64,000 nt of DNA from Rhodanobacteraceae bacterium (GCA_045864815.1 BTVG01000006.1:61611-125610); one strand, 5' to 3'; positions 1 to 9,317 are shown, counted from the first letter of the stretch. Program-made: numbers and translations. The notes: a model not told the origin generated them from the letters alone.

Positions 1-1
1 A

Positions 2-1120
2 GCCAACGGCAACGTCGTCATCGGCGTCGGCGGCTGCGTCGCTTCGCAGGAGGGCGATGCCATCGTCAAGCGCGCGCCGTTCGTCGATGTCGTATTCGGC
101 CCCCAGACGCTGCACCGCCTGCCGGAACTCATCGATGCGAAGCGCCGCACGGGCAAGCCTCAGGTCGACATCTCGTTTCCAGAAATCGAAAAGTTCGACA
201 AGCTGCCGGAGCCGCGAGCCGAAGGGCCCTGTGCATTCGTTTCGATCATGGAGGGCTGCTCCAAGTACTGCACGTTCTGCGTCGTACCGTACACGCGCGG
301 CGACGAAGTCAGCCGGCCGTTCGACGACGTCATCGCGGAGGTTGCCGCCCTCGCGGATCAGGGCGTGCGCGAAGTCAACCTGCTCGGCCAGAACGTGAAT
401 GCCTATCGGGGTCCCCTGCATGACGGCGGCGTCGCCGACCTGGCCCTGCTGATCCATGCGATCGCCCAGCTCGACGGCATCGGTCGCATCCGCTTCACGA
501 CCTCGCATCCGCTGGAATTCTCCGACTCGCTGGTCGAGGCCTACGCCAGCGTGCCCAAGCTCGCAAACTACCTGCACCTGCCGGTACAGGCCGGCTCCGA
601 CCGCGTGCTCGCGGCAATGAAGCGGGGCTACACCGCGCTCGAATTCAAGCAGAAGATCCGCAAGCTGCGCAGCGTACGTCCGGATATCTCGATCTCGTCG
701 GACTTCATCGTCGGCTTTCCCGGAGAGACCGACGCGGACTTCGACAAGACCATGAAGCTGATCGAGGACGTGGGCTTCGACCAGAGCTTCAGCTTCATCT
801 ACTCCAAGCGACCGGGCACGCCGGCGGCGAATCTCGAGGACGACACCGGCGCCGACATCAAGCATGCACGCCTGCAGCGACTTCAGGCGGCCGTGACCGC
901 GAATGCGAACCGGATCAGCCAGGCCATGGTCGGCACGCGCCAGACCGTGCTCGTCGAAGGCGCCAGCCGCAAGAACGCGGCCGAACTCACCGGCCGTACC
1001 GAGAACATGCGCTACGTGAACTTCCCGGGCGATGCACGTATGGTCGGCCACTTTGTCGATGTGGTCATCACCGAGGCCATGTCGAACTCGCTGCGGGGAC
1101 GTATCGCAACCGCCACCTGA
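2..1120 (+). CDS. miaB: tRNA 2-methylthio-N6-isopentenyladenosine synthase MiaB (5'-truncated by window edge)
   Basis: Frame open from base 2 ([13 protein letters not shown]...FGPQTLHRL). Radical-SAM motif [25 protein letters not shown]-terminal TRAM-like region. Confidence 0.95.
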   Translation, partial: ANGNVVIGVGGCVASQEGDAIVKRAPFVDVVFGPQTLHRLPELIDAKRRTGKPQVDISFPEIEKFDKLPEPRAEGPCAFVSIMEGCSKYCTFCVVPYTRGDEVSRPFDDVIAEVAALADQGVREVNLLGQNVNAYRGPLHDGGVADLALLIHAIAQLDGIGRIRFTTSHPLEFSDSLVEAYASVPKLANYLHLPVQAGSDRVLAAMKRGYTALEFKQKIRKLRSVRPDISISSDFIVGFPGETDADFDKTMKLIEDVGFDQSFSFIYSKRPGTPAANLEDDTGADIKHARLQRLQAAVTANANRISQAMVGTRQTVLVEGASRKNAAELTGRTENMRYVNFPGDARMVGHFVDVVITEAMSNSLRGRIATAT

Positions 1121-1136
1121 ACTGCAGTGCGCCCGG

Positions 1137-3410
1137 TCAGGGCCGCACGCAGGCCGGTTGGATGCGGCCCGCCGCCGCCTCGTACAGCGCATGATCGCGC
1201 GGCACGGCGGACCGCAGTGCGGCGATGCCCCGTTCGGCCAGATCCAGTTCGGCCCAGGCACGTGCGCAATCGCCGCTGCGCGCGGCGATCTCGGCCAGCA
1301 ATCCGTGGCCCAGGGGGGCACTGCCACCATTGGGCTGGGCGTCGAGCACGGCAACCGCCGGAACAACCAGGGCTCGAGCCCCATCGATATCGTCACGCAA
1401 CAGCAGCAGCCGGCTCTGCTGCAGATCGAACGCGGCGCGCTCGACGTGTCCGACCGGGTACTCGGCGTAATAGACCGGCTGCGCAGCCGCCAGATGTTCA
1501 TGTGCCGAGGCCTCGGACTGGGCCAGCAGCACTTCGGCGAGCAACAGCTGGCCTTCGGCGCGGCGCATAGGGGAAAACGCGGCCGGCGCCGTACCGATGC
1601 GACGTAGTGCCTGCTGCAGGGAATCGCGTGCGCGCTCGAGGTCGAATGCCCGGTAGGCACTCCAGCCGCGCTGGCGCAGATAGTTTTCGACCGCATCGGG
1701 ACGGTTGTCATCCACGTGCCGCAGCAGTGCATCGCCGCGCGCGAACAGCGCGTCGGCACGGTCGAACTCGCCAAGCCTGGACAGCGCGCCAGCGACGCTA
1801 CCGAGTGCGTCGAGCGCGACAGCGGGCGGTGCTTCGCCGGCCAGCTGTTCGATTCGTGCAGCAGTCTGACGCAATGCCGTGCGATGGCGCGGCTCATCCT
1901 GCACCGCGGCCAAAAGCTTGTAGGTACCGAGCTTGCCGCTCGCGCTGGCCTCTACGTCACGCTCGAGCTGTACCACCGCCGCCTGCAGCACGGCTTCTGC
2001 TTCCTGTGGCTTGCCGAGATTGATGAGCCCGTGTCCGATCTCGCTGAGTGCGCGCTGCAGCAGGGCGGGATCATCGGCATTCTCGCGCTGCAGTGTTTCT
2101 GCGGCGGTGCGCAGGAACTCGCTCGCATGCGGATCACGGCCGGCGTAGTGTTGCGGATTGGCCGCGCCAAGCACGCCGAGCATCGCATCGCGGTGCGCGT
2201 GTGCGACCCGCGCCTGTTCTGCCGCGATGCGCGCCTGGCGCAGGGCCGCGAGCGCACCGCCGCCGAGCGCGACCAGCGTCGCCAAGAGCACCATCAGCGG
2301 CCAGCGATAGCGCATGATCAGCTGCCGCGTCTGCTCGCGCGCGCCGCTCACGCCGCTGCGCGGCGCGCGTCCGGACAGCCAGTCGTCGAGGTCGTCGGCC
2401 AGCGCCGCAGCACTGGCGTAGCGCTGTGCCGGCGACTTCGCAAGCGCCTTGTGCACGATGCGCTCCAGCGCGCCGCCCAGACGCCGTCGTTCGCGCTGCA
2501 CATAGTCGACACGACAGGCCTGCAGCAGACTGCGTGGCGGCTCGCGCAATATGGCCGCGGCCCAGTCCTCAGTTCCCGTTTCGACACGGGCATAGGGCGT
2601 CGCACCGGCGACGAGTTCGAACAGAAGCAGCCCGAGCGCGTAGACATCCGTCGCCGTCGTGGTGCGTTCGCCGGCAATCTGCTCGGGAGCGGCGAAACGC
2701 GTGGTCATGGCGCGCCACGCGGTTCGCGTGTGCTCGCCACCGCCGTCGTCGTCCAGCAGCTTGGCGATGCCGAAATCCAGCAGCTTTGGCTCGCCATTCG
2801 CGCCCACAAGAATGTTGGCCGGCTTGATGTCGCGATGAACGATCAAATGGCCATGCGCGAAGGCGACCGCGGCGCAGATGCGCCGGACCAGTGCGACACG
2901 ACCGCGCAGGTCCGGCCCGATTCGTTCGACGTGGCGCGCCAGCGAGCATCCGTCCACGAACTCCATCGCGAGCCAAGGCTGCCCTTCGGGCGTGAGGCCG
3001 CCGTCGATGAGTCGGGCGATGTTCGGATGATCCAGCCGTGCGAGCAGCTGCCGTTCGCGCACGAAGCGGCGCGCGAGTTCCGGGTCCAGTGCACCATGGC
3101 GCACGAGTTTCAGCGCAACGTTCTGCTCGAAGCCCCCCTCGACGCGTTCGGCGAGAAAAACCTCGCCCATGCCACCGCGACCGATGCGACGGAGCAGCTG
3201 GAATGCACCGACGCGCCGTATCGTCGGCGTCACGTCGGGCGGCGGGTCCAGGTCGCCCGCGTCGAGGTTCGCCAACAGTCGCTCCAGCGCACCACGCAAC
3301 TCGGCATCTTCGGCGCCGAGCGCAGCGAGATGGCTTGCGCGCAGTTCGGGGTCGAGCTCCATCAGCGCATGGAATTGCGCCCGCAGCTCGCCGAAGCGCT
3401 GCGGTGTCAT
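1137..3410 (-). CDS. Membrane-anchored Hanks-type Ser/Thr kinase with C-terminal TPR-like domain
   Basis: IGRGGMGEVF, VALK, HRDIKPANIL, DFGIAK, APEQ, DVYALG motifs; TM segment WPLMVLLATLVALGGGALA; helical C-terminal half. Start ATG 3410 (or 3461); the longer ORF to 3734 overlaps the sigma gene. Confidence 0.9.
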   Translation of the reverse strand: MTPQRFGELRAQFHALMELDPELRASHLAALGAEDAELRGALERLLANLDAGDLDPPPDVTPTIRRVGAFQLLRRIGRGGMGEVFLAERVEGGFEQNVALKLVRHGALDPELARRFVRERQLLARLDHPNIARLIDGGLTPEGQPWLAMEFVDGCSLARHVERIGPDLRGRVALVRRICAAVAFAHGHLIVHRDIKPANILVGANGEPKLLDFGIAKLLDDDGGGEHTRTAWRAMTTRFAAPEQIAGERTTTATDVYALGLLLFELVAGATPYARVETGTEDWAAAILREPPRSLLQACRVDYVQRERRRLGGALERIVHKALAKSPAQRYASAAALADDLDDWLSGRAPRSGVSGAREQTRQLIMRYRWPLMVLLATLVALGGGALAALRQARIAAEQARVAHAHRDAMLGVLGAANPQHYAGRDPHASEFLRTAAETLQRENADDPALLQRALSEIGHGLINLGKPQEAEAVLQAAVVQLERDVEASASGKLGTYKLLAAVQDEPRHRTALRQTAARIEQLAGEAPPAVALDALGSVAGALSRLGEFDRADALFARGDALLRHVDDNRPDAVENYLRQRGWSAYRAFDLERARDSLQQALRRIGTAPAAFSPMRRAEGQLLLAEVLLAQSEASAHEHLAAAQPVYYAEYPVGHVERAAFDLQQSRLLLLRDDIDGARALVVPAVAVLDAQPNGGSAPLGHGLLAEIAARSGDCARAWAELDLAERGIAALRSAVPRDHALYEAAAGRIQPACVRP

Positions 3411-3504
3411 GGCATCGGGTGGCACGCGAGGTCTCCGGGGCTGGTCTGGGCCTGCGTGCATGCGTACGCGCGCAGGCGTCGCCAGCTGACATGGCGCATG
3501 CGCG

Positions 3505-4071
3505 TCAGTCGCCGATCCGCTCGCGCAGCCAGGCACGCGCCATCGCCCAGTCGCGATAGACCGTGCGCTCGTCCACGCCGAGCAGTTGCGCGACCTCGCT
3601 GACTTCCAGCCCGGTGAAGTAGCGCAGCTCCACGATTTGCGCCATGCGGGGATCGAGCGCCTCCAGCGCGCGCAGCGCCTCGTCCAGTGCCGGCAGCGAG
3701 GTGTTCTCCTTGATCGGCAGGCCGACGGCTTCAACCAGGTCGGTGCGCTGCCACTGCCCGCCGCCGCGCTTCTCCCGCAATTGGGCGCGCGCGCGGTCGA
3801 CCAATACCTGGCGCATCAGCTTGGCTGCGGTCGTGAACAGGTGCTTGCGGCTGGTGATGTTGAGCCGCGCCGCGCCGAGCAGCCGGACGAATACATCGTT
3901 GACGAGCGCCGTCGGCTGCAGCGTTTCGTGCCCTTGCTGGCCGCGCAGCGCATGCGCCGCGAGCCGGCGCAACTCGGCATAGACATGCGGCAGCAGCGCA
4001 TCGAGCGATGCATCGTCGCCGCCCTGCCACTGCTGCAGCAGCCGCGTCACTTCGACATCGGATTCTTCCAT
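3505..4071 (-). CDS. ECF sigma factor, TIGR02999/ECF43-like (kinase-associated)
   Basis: VTRLLQQWQGGD, VYAELRRLA, TLQPTALV, KRGGG, ELRYFTGL, TVYRDWAMARAWL; directly upstream of the kinase. Confidence 0.9.
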   Translation of the reverse strand: MEESDVEVTRLLQQWQGGDDASLDALLPHVYAELRRLAAHALRGQQGHETLQPTALVNDVFVRLLGAARLNITSRKHLFTTAAKLMRQVLVDRARAQLREKRGGGQWQRTDLVEAVGLPIKENTSLPALDEALRALEALDPRMAQIVELRYFTGLEVSEVAQLLGVDERTVYRDWAMARAWLRERIGD

Positions 4072-4159
4072 GTGCCCTCCCCGTCCAGTCTAACCGAGCT
4101 TCATGTCAGGTCCGGCGGCGGACGGCGTATGTGGATGCGAGCCCCCAGGAATTTCCGAC

Positions 4160-5707
4160 ATGCAACCTTCACCCCTCGTTTTCGCGGCGGCACTGTGCTT
4201 CTCCGGCGCTTCTGGCGCCATGACGTACGTGGTCGACACCGGCAGCGATCTTGCGCTGACCGTCTGCGAGCCGGGCCAGCCCGGCGACTGCTCGCTGCGT
4301 GGTGCACTGCAGAATGCCAACGGTAACCCGGATCCGGACCGCATCGAGTTCGCAATCCCGCCCGGCGATGCGAGCTACGTGGCTGCGACCGACCATTGGC
4401 GCATCAGCGTCGGTGCAGCTCCGCTGCCTGCGATCGAAAATGCGCTCGAGATCGACGGCTATACCCAGCCCGGCGCGGCACCGAACACGATCTCTGCCGA
4501 CAGCGGAGGGCTCGACGCCGTTCTCAAGATCGAATTGACACCGGGCAGCCAGGGCGGAACGCAGCAGAACGGGCTGGAAATATCGCCGAATTTTCCCGCG
4601 CAGGCGGCAAGCACGATCCGTGGCCTCGCGATCAGCCGATTCGCGCAACAGATCCAGCTCTGGGGCACGAGCGCCCACCGCGTGGAGGGCTGCTTCCTCG
4701 GCACCGACATCGCCGGAACGGCGGCCGCGGCGGCCGTGTCCGGCACCCGGGGTTACGGCATCTTCACGTTCGGCGCCGGGGCCTACGTCATCGGCGGCAC
4801 GTCGCCTGCCGCACGCAACCTCATCAGCGGCCTGCTCTCCGCCATCATCCTGCAACGCGACAACGACGGACTGACCGTGCAGGGAAACCTGATCGGCACG
4901 GATCGCAGCGGCACCGTGGCGATTGGGCATACGAGCTTTCCAGCGATCTACACCGTGTCGCGACTCACGAATGCGCGCATCGGCGGCGCGCAGACCGGCG
5001 CACGCAACCTGATTTCAGGCAACCCGCTCGGCGCCATCGGCTTCAGTGCCGCCGGCACCGGGCCATACGCCGGCACGCGCATCGAAGGCAACGCAATCGG
5101 CACGGATGCGAGCGGCATGCTGCCGCTACCCAATGGTGGTACGCCCGGTACCGCACAGCCGGCGATCAGCATCAGCGGCACTGACAGCTGCCATCTTCTG
5201 ATCGAAGGCAATACGATCGCGTTCAACCGCGGCGCCGGCGTCGCGGTGATCGGTTGCCGCGGCGTCGATGCCGGACGCAACCGCTATGCCCACAATCGCG
5301 GACTGCCGCTCGATCTGGCCCTGGGCTCATTCGCCGACGGCACGAACGTGAATGATCCGGATGACGCGGACCTCGGCAGCAATCGGCTGCAGAACGCCCC
5401 CGTGATCGACGACGTCGCCCTCTCCGGCGATGGCACGACGGTCCAGCTCACGTTTCACGTCGACACCGCCCCCGCGAACGCCGCCTATCCATTGACCATC
5501 GATGTCGCAACCGGGGCCGGCGGGCAGCCGCAGAACGCCGTCGCGTCGTTCACCTACATGGCCGCCGAAGCCCAGTCGCCCAAGACGGTGGCACTGGCCG
5601 CGTCGGCCCTGCAGGGCGGCGCACTGGTTCTCATTGCCACCGACGCCGAAGGCAACACGAGCGAGATCGCGAGCGACGCGATATTCGCCAGCACGCTGGA
5701 ATTCTGA
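4160..5707 (+). CDS. Secreted CSLREA-like / parallel beta-helix repeat protein with C-terminal IFxxxLE motif
   Basis: Signal peptide MQPSPLVFAAALCFSGASGA; CSLRGALQNAN; repeats GCFLGTDIAG, GNLIGTDRSG, GNAIGTDASG and ARNLISG x2; ends DAIFASTLEF. CAGGA about 10 nt before ATG 4160. Confidence 0.75.
   Translation: MQPSPLVFAAALCFSGASGAMTYVVDTGSDLALTVCEPGQPGDCSLRGALQNANGNPDPDRIEFAIPPGDASYVAATDHWRISVGAAPLPAIENALEIDGYTQPGAAPNTISADSGGLDAVLKIELTPGSQGGTQQNGLEISPNFPAQAASTIRGLAISRFAQQIQLWGTSAHRVEGCFLGTDIAGTAAAAAVSGTRGYGIFTFGAGAYVIGGTSPAARNLISGLLSAIILQRDNDGLTVQGNLIGTDRSGTVAIGHTSFPAIYTVSRLTNARIGGAQTGARNLISGNPLGAIGFSAAGTGPYAGTRIEGNAIGTDASGMLPLPNGGTPGTAQPAISISGTDSCHLLIEGNTIAFNRGAGVAVIGCRGVDAGRNRYAHNRGLPLDLALGSFADGTNVNDPDDADLGSNRLQNAPVIDDVALSGDGTTVQLTFHVDTAPANAAYPLTIDVATGAGGQPQNAVASFTYMAAEAQSPKTVALAASALQGGALVLIATDAEGNTSEIASDAIFASTLEF
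5675..5707 (+). repeat. C-terminal motif copy 1: DAIFASTLEF*
   Basis: Last 10 codons of 4160..5707. Confidence 0.7.
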
Positions 5708-5719
5708 GAGGACCCGCCA

Positions 5720-7153
5720 ATGCGACAGATACCGTCACTGTGCGTAGCACTCACCCTGCTCACACTCATACCCGCCGCGTATGGCGCGGAATGGTTCGTT
5801 TCCACCACAGGCAGCGACGCAACCGGGACCGGCTCCATCACGCAGCCGTTCCGCACCGTGCGCCATGTCGTCGAACCCGCCAACGACATCGTGGCGCCCG
5901 GCGACACGATCACCCTGCGTGGGCCGCCCGTCAACAACGTCTACGACGAGATCGAAGTTCGCCTGCGGGTGCCGCTGACCCTGCGCAGCCATCCGGGCGA
6001 ATGGGCGCACATCGCCTGTCCGATCGCCATCGAGGACACGGTCTGCATCCAGATCGATCCGGGGGCGTCGGGCAGCCGCATCTCGCGACTGGAAGTCAGT
6101 GGCGGCAATCTCTACGCGATCTTTCTGCAGACCGACTGGTATCGTCCCGACGGTACCGACGGGAACGGCGCGTCGAACATCATCATCGAGGACTCGAAAC
6201 TGCACGGCAGCGGCCGCGACGTGATCAAGATCACGCCGAAATGCGACAATGTGACAATACGGCGCAATGAGATCTATGCCTCGGGCGCCATCTATCCGCC
6301 AGGCACTCCACCGGAAGAAAAGAACGCCGAAGGCATCGACAACGTCAACGGCGCGAACATGCGCGTCGAAGACAACTACATCCACGATACCGCGACGACC
6401 GGCGTCTACTTCAAGGGCGGGGCACGCGACGTCATCGTGCAGCGCAATCGCATCGAGAACGCCGGGGAGGCCGGCATTCTCGTCGGTTTCGACACGAGCC
6501 CGGACTTTTTCGACCTTTCGGAAAATCCGCAGTACTACGAAGCGATCCGCGGTGTCGTGCGCAACAACGTCATACGCGGAACGAACTATGCCGGCATCGG
6601 CCTGTACGCATCGAGGGATGCCGTGGTCGCGAACAATACGATCGTCGATGCGGCACGATCGGGGCATGCGGCGATCTACTACGGCGTCACCCTGCAAGAC
6701 TTCGATCCCGAAGCGGGCCGGCCCGCCAACACCGGCGCACTCGTACGCAATAATCTCGTGATCCAGAACGCCCGTCCCTGCGTGGCCGTGCGCTATTCGC
6801 AGGATCTCGGCGGACTGAGCGGACTCGTTGGCAGTCCCGGCACCGACTACAACGCGTTCCACGACATCACGGGCGCCTGTACCTACATCGACGCGCGTCC
6901 GGGCAGCCCGCTCGACGAGGGCGGTACGCTGGCCCAATGGCGCGTCGCGCTGGACGCGGACAGCCACAGCTTCGAAACCGCACTCGCCGTCGACGACACC
7001 GGGCACCTGCCGGCGGGCAGCGCCGCAATCGACACGGGGCAGACACTGGCTCAGGTCACTGACGACATCGACGGGCAGGCGCGCGCGGGCGCCTACGACA
7101 TCGGGGCAGATGAGCGCAGCGCCGACGCGATTTTCGCGAATGGCTTCCAATAG
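5720..7153 (+). CDS. Secreted right-handed beta-helix (pectin-lyase-fold) protein with choice-of-anchor-Q-like domain
   Basis: Signal peptide; WFVSTTGSD...QPFRTV N-terminus; Asn-ladder repeats (IIEDSKLH, VTIRRNEIY, VEDNYIHD, VANNTIVD); GSAAIDTG...DIDGQAR...YDIGADE; ends DAIFANGFQ. Confidence 0.8.
   Translation: MRQIPSLCVALTLLTLIPAAYGAEWFVSTTGSDATGTGSITQPFRTVRHVVEPANDIVAPGDTITLRGPPVNNVYDEIEVRLRVPLTLRSHPGEWAHIACPIAIEDTVCIQIDPGASGSRISRLEVSGGNLYAIFLQTDWYRPDGTDGNGASNIIIEDSKLHGSGRDVIKITPKCDNVTIRRNEIYASGAIYPPGTPPEEKNAEGIDNVNGANMRVEDNYIHDTATTGVYFKGGARDVIVQRNRIENAGEAGILVGFDTSPDFFDLSENPQYYEAIRGVVRNNVIRGTNYAGIGLYASRDAVVANNTIVDAARSGHAAIYYGVTLQDFDPEAGRPANTGALVRNNLVIQNARPCVAVRYSQDLGGLSGLVGSPGTDYNAFHDITGACTYIDARPGSPLDEGGTLAQWRVALDADSHSFETALAVDDTGHLPAGSAAIDTGQTLAQVTDDIDGQARAGAYDIGADERSADAIFANGFQ
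7124..7153 (+). repeat. C-terminal motif copy 2: DAIFANGFQ*
   Basis: Last 9 codons of 5720..7153. Confidence 0.75.
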
Positions 7154-7308
7154 CCAGGCCCAGCCCCCGGATTACGCGTGAATCGCGGCAAAACCGTTCA
7201 GTCTTCGTGGGACGCGCGGTTCAGCTCGACTCTCCGATAGTCGCGCAGCCTCGCCGGCGTCATTGCCAGGCGAGCTTTTCTCCATATCCACAACGATAGG
7301 AAAACGCG

Positions 7309-7872
7309 ATGAACTGGATGATCGTTACGGCGATGGCTGCGGCCCTCGTCGCGGGCGTCTGCACCGCCGCACCGGCGTGTGCCGACGGATTTTTCGTCGA
7401 CGGCCGCTACGGCCGCTCCGACTTCGACGGCGACGGCAAGGACATTGCTCTCGGCATCAACGGCGGCTATCGCTGGGGTGCGTTCGGGCTCGAGGGCGGC
7501 TACATCGATCTGGGCTCCCTCGACCATGGCTACGCCTTCATCGGCACGCCCGGCGGCGGCACCTCGAGCCTGCACTCCGGCATCGACGTCGGCGGCTGGA
7601 CGCTCGGCGCCAATGGCCATTTCAATCTGACGCCCAACTGGTACCTTTCCGCACGCGCAGGCCTGTTTCACTGGAAGGCCGACGTCGATCTCGTCGGCGT
7701 GACCCAGAACGCCGAATTCAGCGGCAGCGACTGGTATACCGGCGTCGGCATCGGCTACGACTTCAGCGAGCGCTTCGGCGTCGGTCTGAACTACGACCAT
7801 TACCGTGCCGGCAAGAGCGGCCTGGATTTCGATGCCAACGTGGTCAGCGCCAACACCGAATTCCGCTTCTGA
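7309..7872 (+). CDS. Small outer-membrane beta-barrel protein (OmpA-like transmembrane domain)
   Basis: Signal peptide; alternating Gly/aromatic strands (GINGGYRW, GLEGGY, GVGIGYDF); ends in Phe (NTEFRF); GGAAAA upstream. Confidence 0.85.
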   Translation: MNWMIVTAMAAALVAGVCTAAPACADGFFVDGRYGRSDFDGDGKDIALGINGGYRWGAFGLEGGYIDLGSLDHGYAFIGTPGGGTSSLHSGIDVGGWTLGANGHFNLTPNWYLSARAGLFHWKADVDLVGVTQNAEFSGSDWYTGVGIGYDFSERFGVGLNYDHYRAGKSGLDFDANVVSANTEFRF

Positions 7873-7896
7873 TACCGGCCAGTCGCAAATGACATC

Positions 7897-7923
7897 CGCC
7901 CTCCCCTCGTCAGGGGGAGGGCG
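7897..7923. terminator. GC-rich hairpin between convergent genes (probable bidirectional terminator)
   Basis: CGCCCTCCCC-tcgtcag-GGGGAGGGCG, perfect 10-bp stem; no clear U-tract. Confidence 0.5.
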
Positions 7924-7934
7924 CAACCGGGCCT

Positions 7935-7967
7935 TCACCCCTCCAGTCCGTCGGCGAAGATCCGCAG
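7935..7967 (-). repeat. C-terminal motif copy 3: LRIFADGLEG*
   Basis: Last 10 codons of 7935..9203. Confidence 0.75.
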
Positions 7968-9203
7968 CGGCACGCCGCCGCCGGCATCCGTCGTGCAACG
8001 ATGCTGCGCATCGTATTCGAGCGCACCGATATCGGGCGCCCCGTCACCCCGGCGATTCGCACAGAAATCGTCGGCCGTCTGCGGCGTGGCCGCCCCGAGA
8101 TCCACGAGGCTCGCACCATCCCGCAGGCGAAAATCCGCCGCCGGCGGGTTCTGAAACCAGACCGCGAAATTTGCCAGGCTCACGTTGAGCAGATTGCCCG
8201 CGTTCGTGCTTGTGCCGCCATTGCGCAGGTTGATGCCCGCGCTCGACAGGTTATTGCGGATCTGCGCCGTCGACTCCGCGTAACGCACGTCGATGCCAGT
8301 GGTCGCGTACAGGGTGTTGTGCTCGATGCGCGTATTCGCGGCACGATTCAGATAGATGCCGACATCGTTGCACGACAGCACGATGTTGTTGCGCAAGACC
8401 CCGTGCTGGTGTTCCGGGATACAGGTCCCGTCCTCACAGATCGAGTTCGGACTGGTTCCGCCACCACCGAGCGACAGTCCCAGTCGGGTGCCGCCGGAAA
8501 ACTGCCGGCTGCACCGCACGAGATTGCGTTCGAACACGCCGTCGCGCGAGTTGCCCTTCAGGAATGCCGCATAGCTGACACCGTCGCCGCCGGCTTTCTG
8601 ATAGTCGTGAATCGTGTTGCCGCGCACCGTCCACCGCCGGCCGCCGACCACGTCGATCTTCGTCACCGGATTGCCGGTGTTGCGCGCGCGCGTGTCGTAG
8701 AACAAGTTGTATTCGACCACGACGTCATCGGGATAGGCGTAGACCCCATTGATCGCGAAACCGTTGCTTTTGATCTGCGCATTGAAGTCGCGCAGCACGT
8801 TGTCCCGCAGCAGCAGGAATTCGGCGCTGCCGAAGACGTGGAACGCGTGCTCGCAGTTCGAGTCGTTCGCGCACGCACCTTCGACGTCGAGGCCCTCGAA
8901 ACGCCAATGCGCACCACTGACCTTGAAGCCTTCGACGAGACCGCTGCCGAACCGCAGCAGCACGCTGCGCGGTGCTGCCGCGCGAACGCGGATCGGTGCA
9001 GCGGCCGTGCCGTCGGCGAGGCAGTTCAGGTTGGAATCGACGACGTAGGTGCCGGCAGCCAGCACGATGTCGTCGCCGGGCGCGGCATTCTGCAGCGCGC
9101 TGCGCAGGCCGGCGACGTCGCCCACGGGGACGTGGCGCAGGGCGGTGGCATTGCCTGCCAGTGCCGACAGCGCGATCAGCAGGCCGATCGGCGAAATTCG
9201 CAT
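7935..9203 (-). CDS. Secreted right-handed beta-helix protein (polysaccharide-lyase-like) with choice-of-anchor-Q-like domain
   Basis: Signal peptide MRISPIGLLIALSALAGNATA; AAPGDDIVLAAGTY; repeats RDNVLRD, EYNLFYD, RGNTIHD, EHNTLY; DFRL...LVDLG...PDIGALEY; ends RIFADGLEG. Confidence 0.8.
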   Translation of the reverse strand: MRISPIGLLIALSALAGNATALRHVPVGDVAGLRSALQNAAPGDDIVLAAGTYVVDSNLNCLADGTAAAPIRVRAAAPRSVLLRFGSGLVEGFKVSGAHWRFEGLDVEGACANDSNCEHAFHVFGSAEFLLLRDNVLRDFNAQIKSNGFAINGVYAYPDDVVVEYNLFYDTRARNTGNPVTKIDVVGGRRWTVRGNTIHDYQKAGGDGVSYAAFLKGNSRDGVFERNLVRCSRQFSGGTRLGLSLGGGGTSPNSICEDGTCIPEHQHGVLRNNIVLSCNDVGIYLNRAANTRIEHNTLYATTGIDVRYAESTAQIRNNLSSAGINLRNGGTSTNAGNLLNVSLANFAVWFQNPPAADFRLRDGASLVDLGAATPQTADDFCANRRGDGAPDIGALEYDAQHRCTTDAGGGVPLRIFADGLEG

Positions 9204-9317
9204 GGTCCGGCTCCCCTCCGACGATTCAGGAGCCAACGGTAGCGCAGGCGCGCCGCCTCTGCCGTCGACCACTTCCGACTCCCGAAGCGCCGGCATCTAC
9301 GCTAACCTGCCGCCCCT

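Noticed and set aside
1716-3602. 628-aa plus-strand ORF; similar long antisense ORFs at 18955..21066, 41154..42719 and 56243..57865
   Set aside because: Shadow frames opposite well-supported genes; stop-poor because of high GC; no motifs.
3411-3734. N-terminal extension of the 865-aa kinase ORF
   Set aside because: Overlaps the sigma gene in another frame and reads as Arg/Ser/Cys-rich noise; no evidence of a sigma-kinase fusion or frameshift.
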